Below are positions 18,244 to 24,800 of a DNA stretch of 64,000 bases, piece by piece (the first letter of the stretch is position 1; each line of letters begins with the position of its first letter). This stretch comes from Candidatus Harrisonbacteria bacterium RIFCSPHIGHO2_02_FULL_42_16. GTDB taxonomy: Bacteria > Patescibacteriota > Minisyncoccia > UBA6257 > 02-FULL-45-10c. The position numbers and the translations under genes were made by a program. Below the pieces are notes generated by a model, which worked only from the letters and a program-made list of their open reading frames with translations, did no database searches and was not told the origin of the DNA. The stretch spans positions 4,890-68,889 of the forward strand of contig MHJG01000003.1 in NCBI GenBank assembly GCA_001818695.1, written 5' to 3'.

Positions 18244-18251
18244 GGGGTATA
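18220..18251. repeat. hairpin overlapping the ArsR stop codon, complementary core to the upstream hairpin
   Basis: tataccccttatt-ctcacg-aataaggggtata; loop is the reverse complement of the upstream loop. Confidence 0.6.
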
Positions 18252-18258
18252 AGAAAAT

Positions 18259-18334
18259 GCCACCTTAGCTCAGTTGGCAGAGCAGTGCTTTCGTAAAGCA
18301 AAGGTCCCCGGTTCAATCCCGGGAGGTGGCTCCA
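18259..18334 (+). tRNA. tRNA-Thr (anticodon CGT)
   Basis: Acceptor gccacct/aggtggc, D-arm gctc-agttggca-gagc, anticodon loop ttCGTaa, T-arm cccgg-ttcaatc-ccggg, encoded CCA. Confidence 0.85.
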
Positions 18335-18339
18335 AATGT

Positions 18340-19077
18340 ATGGAAAAACCGTTTAAAGAATTGACTGGTAAATATGACAAAGGCCACGCTCATATTTCTA
18401 TCCATCCGGGTGTGGGAGGAGAAGACGCTAAGGACTGGGCGAATATGCTTTTGAATATGTATGTAAAATACGCGCAGAAACGGGGATGGAAAATTGCGCT
18501 GATTGACGAGCGAGCGATTGATATAAGAGGGGAATATGCTTATGGTACGCTTCAAAACGAGGCCGGAGTGCACCGTTTGGTTCGGATTTCGCCGTTTGAT
18601 TCCAAACAGCTCCGCCACACCTCTTTTGCTTTGGTGGAAGTTTTGCCGGAGTTGCCGGAATTGGAGGCAAAAAATTTAGTTATACCGCCGGAGGATTTAA
18701 AAGTGGAATTGTCGCGTTCCAGCGGGCCGGGCGGCCAGAATGTCAATAAGCGGGAAACTGCAGTGCGGGTGGTGCATTTGCCGACCGGTATTGCGGCGGC
18801 ATCGCAGGCGGAGCGCGGCCAGTCCCAAAATAAAGAAAAAGCGCTGGCGCTTCTTAAGTCCAAACTTTTTAAGCTGATGGAACAGCGGCAGGAAAAAGAA
18901 ATTTCCAAATTGCGGACTAAAGTTACTCCCGAGTGGGGGCATCAGATCCGTTCTTATGTTCTGCATCCTTACCAGCAGGTAAAAGACCACCGCACCGGCG
19001 CGGTCAGCCATCAGCCGGAAAAAGTATTGAACGGCGATCTTGATAAATTCATCAATGCCGAGCTACAATTACAATAA
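18340..19077 (+). CDS. prfB: peptide chain release factor 2 homolog lacking N-terminal domain 1
   Basis: SPF decoding motif (RISPFDS), GGQ (SGPGGQNVNK). Aligns to E. coli RF2 from about residue 110 onward. ATG lies 5 nt after the tRNA-Thr CCA, so the ORF-track N-terminus (18274) overlaps the tRNA and is rejected. Confidence 0.8.
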   Translation: MEKPFKELTGKYDKGHAHISIHPGVGGEDAKDWANMLLNMYVKYAQKRGWKIALIDERAIDIRGEYAYGTLQNEAGVHRLVRISPFDSKQLRHTSFALVEVLPELPELEAKNLVIPPEDLKVELSRSSGPGGQNVNKRETAVRVVHLPTGIAAASQAERGQSQNKEKALALLKSKLFKLMEQRQEKEISKLRTKVTPEWGHQIRSYVLHPYQQVKDHRTGAVSHQPEKVLNGDLDKFINAELQLQ

Positions 19078-19198
19078 CGATTCAAACCAGCAAATAACAT
19101 CCTAATCTACAAACTGCATGCGAATGGCTTACAAATAGCCACATCTAAACTAATTTTGTAGATTTGGATAATAATTTGTAGATTAGAATCGGTCATAT
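19078..19198 (+). repeat. copy 1 of a ~110-nt conserved structured intergenic element (ahead of ftsE)
   Basis: About 85% identical to 19883-19987; contains aatctacaaa...tttgtagatt inverted repeats. Confidence 0.7.
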
Positions 19199-19882
19199 AT
19201 GATTAGTTTCCAAAACGTATCTAAAATTTATAACAGCCATTTGACGGCTCTGGAAAATATCGGTTTTACCATCAATCCGGGAGAATTCGTTTCCATAGTG
19301 GGAAGAAACGGGGCTGGAAAATCTACCATTATCAAGCTTTTGATAGGCGAAGAAAAACCGACTAAGGGTAGAGTTATTTTCGGGCCCTATGAAGTGAATA
19401 AGCTTAAGCCGGCGGAATTGCCGGCCCTACGTTCGCAGATAGGGATAGTTTTTCAGGATTTTCGTTTGCTTTCGGTTAAAAATGCTTATGAAAATATCGC
19501 TTTCGCGTTGGAAGTGGAAGGCCGGCCGCAATCGGAAATTGAAGAATTTGTTCCTCAAATTTTAGATATGGTCGGCTTGGCGCATCGGGCATATAATTTT
19601 CCCCACGAACTTTCCGGCGGTGAAAAACAGCGCGTGGCAATAGCCAGAGCGATGATTAACCGGCCGGCGGTTGTGGTGGCGGATGAGCCAACGGGTAATT
19701 TAGACCCGATTCATACCGCCGACATCATAAAATTACTTCTTAAAATAAATTCTTTGGGAACTACGGTCATATTGGTTACTCACAATAAAGAAGTGGTTAA
19801 CCATCTTAATCGGCGTGTCATCAGCTTGGATAATGGTAGAATTATAAGAGATGAAGAGAATGGGAAATATGTCCTGGCGTAA
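19199..19882 (+). CDS. ftsE: cell-division ABC ATPase FtsE
   Basis: [25 protein letters not shown]; upstream of ftsX. Confidence 0.85.
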   Translation: MISFQNVSKIYNSHLTALENIGFTINPGEFVSIVGRNGAGKSTIIKLLIGEEKPTKGRVIFGPYEVNKLKPAELPALRSQIGIVFQDFRLLSVKNAYENIAFALEVEGRPQSEIEEFVPQILDMVGLAHRAYNFPHELSGGEKQRVAIARAMINRPAVVVADEPTGNLDPIHTADIIKLLLKINSLGTTVILVTHNKEVVNHLNRRVISLDNGRIIRDEENGKYVLA

Positions 19883-19987
19883 ATAGCGATTCAAATCTAC
19901 AAATAACATCCGAATCTACAAACAGTATGCGAATGGTTTATAAATTAGTCATATCTAAATAAACTTTGTAGATTTGGATAAAAGTTT
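19883..19987 (+). repeat. copy 2 of the conserved structured intergenic element (ahead of ftsX)
   Basis: See 19078-19198. Confidence 0.7.
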
Positions 19988-20914
19988 GTGGGTTCGTATC
20001 GGTCAATGGCTACAACTTTATATCGCATAATTAAATATGGTATTCAGAGTTTTTTGCGGCACGGCTGGCTGTCCATAGCGACTATCGCGGTTATCATGCT
20101 GGCGCTTTTTGTTTTTTTGAATCTTATTCTTTTTAATATGATGGCAAAAAACGCCATTAATATTCTTAGGGATAAAATAGATATTAATGTTTATTTCAAT
20201 AATAATGTTTCCGAAGATGATATTTTAAAGGTTAAAAGGTCCGTGGAAAGTTTGGCGGAAGTAAAGAATGTCCAGTATGTTTCTCGAAGTGAGGCCCTGT
20301 CCGTTTTTCAAAAACGTCACCAAGACGACGACACGATTGTTCAGGCGCTGGAAGTGCTGGAAGAAAATCCTTTATCCGCCTCGCTTAATATAAAAGCCAA
20401 CGATCCCAGCGATTATCCGATAATCTCCGCTTATCTTAATAATGAAAATCTTGCCGGACTGGTAGACCAGGTAACTTATAATCAAAATAAATTGGTTATC
20501 AACCGATTGGCGACTATTGTCAATACTTTTCAAACCGTTGGAATTGCTTTAACCGTAATTTTAACTATTATCTCAATTTTAGTGGCCCTCAATACGATAA
20601 TGCTTACTATTTATTCCACTCGCGATGAAATAGGAATTATGCGGCTGGTGGGCGCGCCTAATAAATTTATTCGCGGTCCCTACATAGTTCAGGGAATGAT
20701 TTATGGGATTATAGCCGCTTTTTTAAGTATTTTGCTTATTGCCCCGCTTATTTCCATTGCTTCGCCCTATATAAAAGTGCTTATGCCGGAAACGGATATT
20801 CAGCAGTATTTTTACGGGCATTTATTTATTTTATTGCTGTATCAGCTGATTTTCGGCATAGCGATAGGCGCGCTCTCCAGCATTATCGCGGTTCGGAAAT
20901 ATATGAAAATATAA
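19988..20914 (+). CDS. ftsX: cell-division permease-like FtsX
   Basis: N-terminal TM, periplasmic domain, C-terminal 3 TM; operon with ftsE. Confidence 0.75.
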   Translation: MGSYRSMATTLYRIIKYGIQSFLRHGWLSIATIAVIMLALFVFLNLILFNMMAKNAINILRDKIDINVYFNNNVSEDDILKVKRSVESLAEVKNVQYVSRSEALSVFQKRHQDDDTIVQALEVLEENPLSASLNIKANDPSDYPIISAYLNNENLAGLVDQVTYNQNKLVINRLATIVNTFQTVGIALTVILTIISILVALNTIMLTIYSTRDEIGIMRLVGAPNKFIRGPYIVQGMIYGIIAAFLSILLIAPLISIASPYIKVLMPETDIQQYFYGHLFILLLYQLIFGIAIGALSSIIAVRKYMKI

Positions 20915-21048
20915 AATCCACCTTAGGGCGGATTTTATATTTAAATAAATAAATACAGCAAACTGCTTCCAACCATTCCGATAATCATTACCCAGACAAT
21001 TACATGAGTAATGATTTTTTTAAAGTTTTTATTCATAACGCCAAATTG

Positions 21049-21119
21049 TTCCGGGACAAGGAATCGAACCTCGATTTCATGGTTCAGAGCCATGCGTCCG
21101 ACCATTAGACGATCCCGGA
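21049..21119 (-). tRNA. tRNA-Gln (anticodon CTG)
   Basis: Minus strand: acceptor tccggga/tcccgga, anticodon stem catgg/ccatg with loop ctCTGaa, T-arm cgagg-ttcgatt-ccttg; no encoded CCA. Confidence 0.8.
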
Positions 21120-21163
21120 ATATTTATATATTATTATAATCTAAATATGTTACAATATAAAGC

Positions 21164-21661
21164 ATGGTAAGAAAATTTTCAGATATTAATCCAACTAGAA
21201 ATTCGGGCGGCAGGGAATACCCTTCTGATTTGCCGAAACCGGAATCCGCAACGGAAAAATTAAAAAATTTCTTTTGTAGAAATTTAGCCGGTTGGCTGGC
21301 ATTGCTGATTATTTTAGCGCTAGTTTGGAAATTATTGGTGTTTTTTAACGTCCTGCCTTCATCAACTTTTCCGAAAGTTGATAGGGAAAAATGGCAGGCG
21401 GTTTTTTTGAATAACGGCCAGTCCTATTTCGGCCATCTTCAGGAAGTTAATCGGGAATACGCCATATTAAAGGATATTTATTATCTAAGAGTGCCTGACC
21501 AGCAATCAGCCGAACCGCAATCTAATATTAATCTTGTTAAGCTTGGCAGTGAATTGCACGGTCCGGAAGACATAATGTATATTCCTAAAAATCAGATTAG
21601 TTTTTGGGAAAATATGAGAGCGGATTCAGCAGTGGTGAAAGTCATTACTTCGCAGAAATAA
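21164..21661 (+). CDS. hypothetical membrane-anchored protein
   Basis: 165 aa; one TM (LAGWLALLIILALVWKLLVFF). Confidence 0.45.
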   Translation: MVRKFSDINPTRNSGGREYPSDLPKPESATEKLKNFFCRNLAGWLALLIILALVWKLLVFFNVLPSSTFPKVDREKWQAVFLNNGQSYFGHLQEVNREYAILKDIYYLRVPDQQSAEPQSNINLVKLGSELHGPEDIMYIPKNQISFWENMRADSAVVKVITSQK

Positions 21662-21678
21662 GCGTATTTACGCGTTAA

Positions 21679-21716
21679 ATTAATACCCCGTATAATACGG
21701 GGTATTAATTTAATTT
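21679..21716 (+). terminator. hairpin terminator-like element
   Basis: ttaataccccgta-taa-tacggggtattaa then tttaattt. Confidence 0.4.
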
Positions 21717-21804
21717 GTCAATATGATTTTGTGGATAACTTCAATGATGTGGATAACTGCCTAACATAATATACTATACTTTTTGCTAAAATTATTATGT
21801 CCGT

Positions 21805-24800
21805 TTGAAAGCGGATTGGCGCCAGAAAAAAGAAATTATGAAGAAAAGTGGCGCGTCAAAAAGAATCAAGTTGTTCTTATTTTTTAGCATTTTTACGCTA
21901 AGGTTATTTTTTGTTGAGCCAAGTTACGCGAAAAGCGAATTGCCCGATTTTCAATTTAAAAAATTTAGCAATCAGGTAGGGCAATTTATAACCGTTTCCC
22001 AAAATTATTTCAAAAATTCATTGGAATATTATTCCCAAATTCATGAAAATAATAAGGTGGTTTTGGCTTCTTTTGTTAAAGAAATATCAAACAAATTAAA
22101 TGCCATTGCGTTAAAAAATAAAGATAAAAATGTTTTATTGGGCTTAGCTTTTGAAACAGCTCCATCAAGAAATTTCAGTCAGGAAATAGGGGAGGGGGTT
22201 TTGAAAAATACCCAGTTAATTTTTGAAGAGGGCAGTAGGTTGTTGGATTCGGCAATGCCAGCCTCTAATTTTATTAAGCCAAAAGAAAGAATTCCTTTCG
22301 CGCCCCAAGCATCTCCGCCGCTTATAACCGAAGCGCAAAAAGAATTCATTGTAAAACTTTACGAAAAATTAAAGGACGTTGATGTTGGCTCCCTATTTTC
22401 TTTCGAAAAAAAAGCGGTAGAAGACGAAGAGACCATTAATCGTTTGGCGGAAATTATTTCCGCTAAATTGCCGCAAGTTCAGCAAGTAATAAAAGAGGTG
22501 CGGACGGAAAAAGAAATAAAAATTGAGACCAAAGAAACCCAGGTTATTTTAAATGACCAAAAGATTAACGAATTGCAGGCGTCGCTGGTTCAGCTCCAAC
22601 AAACCCAAGAAACCAACCGCCAGAATCTATTTAACACTATCGCCTTATCCAACAGAATCAACACCTTAAAAGGCGTTACCATTACCGAACCGATTTTTTC
22701 CTCCGGCGCCATCACTGATTCGGATATTCCGGACACCATCACCGTCTCCAACTATATACCCTTGGGCGGAGGCACCTTTACCGGCAGTACCACCGTGGCC
22801 GGCAATTTTCATGTCAGCGGAGTTCTTAATGCCTCTTCCACTTTATTAGCTAATGGACTTTCTACTCTGACTGGCGGATTTATTTCTTCGGCTTCTTCCA
22901 CCATAGCTGGTTCATTGCAAATATCCGGGCCAATTCAGGCCTCGTCATCAGCGACTATTGCCAATACTTTGGGAGTGAGCGGCCTTTCTACTTTGGCAGG
23001 ATTCATCTCTACGGCCTCTTCAACAATTTCCAATTCTCTCCAATTAGCCGGCCCATTATCCGCCTCTTCCACTCTTCAGGTCAGCGGCAATTCCGTATTC
23101 TACGGCAATCTTGGCATCGGCACCACTTCTCCATCTCAATTATTTTCCGTTCAAGGCAATGCTTTCTTATCGGGCAGTTTAATAAATGTGGCGAATATCA
23201 CCGCTACTGGCACTATTACCACAGTCAATGCCTCTACCACCGGAATGTTGACTGTTGGTAACGGAGCGATTGTTACAGGGTCTTCCACCATAGCCGGTCC
23301 ATTACAAATATCCGGGCCAATTCAGGCCTCGTCATCGGCAACTATCGCTTCCACTTTGGGAGTGAGCGGCCTTTCTACTCTGTCAGGATTTATCTCCACG
23401 GCCTCTTCAACAATTTCCAATTCTCTCCAATTAGCCGGCCCATTATCCGCCTCTTCCACTCTTCAGGTCAGCGGCAATTCCGTATTCTACGGCAATCTTG
23501 GCATCGGCACCACTTCTCCATCTCAATTATTTTCCGTTCAAGGCAATGCTTTCTTATCGGGCAGTTTAATAAATGTGGCGAATATCACCGCTACTGGCAC
23601 TATTACCACAGTCAATGCCTCTACCACCGGAATGTTGACTGTTGGTAACGGAGCGATTGTTACAGGGTCTTCCACCATAGCCGGTCCATTACAAATATCC
23701 GGGCCAATTCAGGCCTCGTCATCGGCAACTATCGCTTCCACTTTGGGAGTGAGCGGCCTTTCTACTCTGTCAGGATTTATCTCCACGGCCTCTTCAACAA
23801 TTTCCAATTCTCTCCAATTATCCGGCCCATTATCCGCTTCCTCCACGTTAACGGTCGGAGGCAACTCTATATTTAGTGGATTTATCTCCACCGCTTCCTC
23901 AACATTTTCCTCCAATCTGCTGGTGAGCGGAGTATTGAACGCTTCTTCCACGATTTTTGCTTCCAACGGATTATCTTTAATAAGCGGAAATCTGGGCATT
24001 GGCACTACTTCTCCATCTCAATTATTTTCCGTTCAAGGCAACGCTTTCTTATCAGGTAGTTTAATAAATGTCGCCAATATTACCGCTACCGGCACCCTTA
24101 CCGTCAGAGGTTCTGCGACTTCAACGGTTAACCAGGCATTGGGAATCGGCCCCACTACCACGCCGGAAGCTATGCTCACCGTGATGGCGCGCGGCCGAGC
24201 ATTATTAGGCCGTATTTTTGAGGTTGCTGGAAATACTACCGCTACCAGGCATTCGCTTTTTACCGTGTATGAAAGCGGAAGAATAGATGTCGGAGGGCTT
24301 TCCGCGACCTCCACGGATTATTCTTCGTTAAGGAATCGTCTGACGATTTTCTCCGGCGGCGAGCGAAAACTCCAGCTTTTGAATACCGGTTCGCTTTTGG
24401 TTGGCAATACTGCCACTACCGGACGGGCGTATGCCTTTTCCGTTGCCGGTTCGGTAAATATTGCCGGTTCTCTCCAGTTTGGCAAAAAAAATGCTTACTT
24501 GAATTTCCTTTCGTCTGACGGCACCGTAAAATCCAATCAGAAAATCAGCGATACTGCCGGTAGTTTTACGGCAACTTTAGATATTAATGATAATTTTGGA
24601 ATGAGCGTTGCCAATATCGGCGACTTAGACGGGGATGGCGTAACTGATTTGGTAGCAGGCGCTCATAAAGATGATGACGGCTTTACTGACCGTGGCGCCA
24701 TTTATGTTCTTTTTATGAATCCTGCCGGCACAGTTAAATCATTTCAAAAAACGAGTAATAGTTTTGGCGGTTATACTCTTGCCAATAATGATGAATTTGG

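Noticed and set aside
18274-18339. N-terminal extension of the prfB-like ORF in the six-frame track (MAEQCFRKAKVPGSIPGGGSKC...)
   Set aside because: This segment is exactly the tRNA-Thr sequence read as protein. The real start is taken as the ATG at 18340.
18340-18420. Programmed +1 frameshift site typical of prfB (CTT TGA C)
   Set aside because: It is not present. Canonical RF2 has this site at codon ~25, which lies in the part of the gene that is missing here.
20945-21040. 31-aa hydrophobic minus-strand ORF next to tRNA-Gln
   Set aside because: It is too short, lacks an RBS and has no other evidence.
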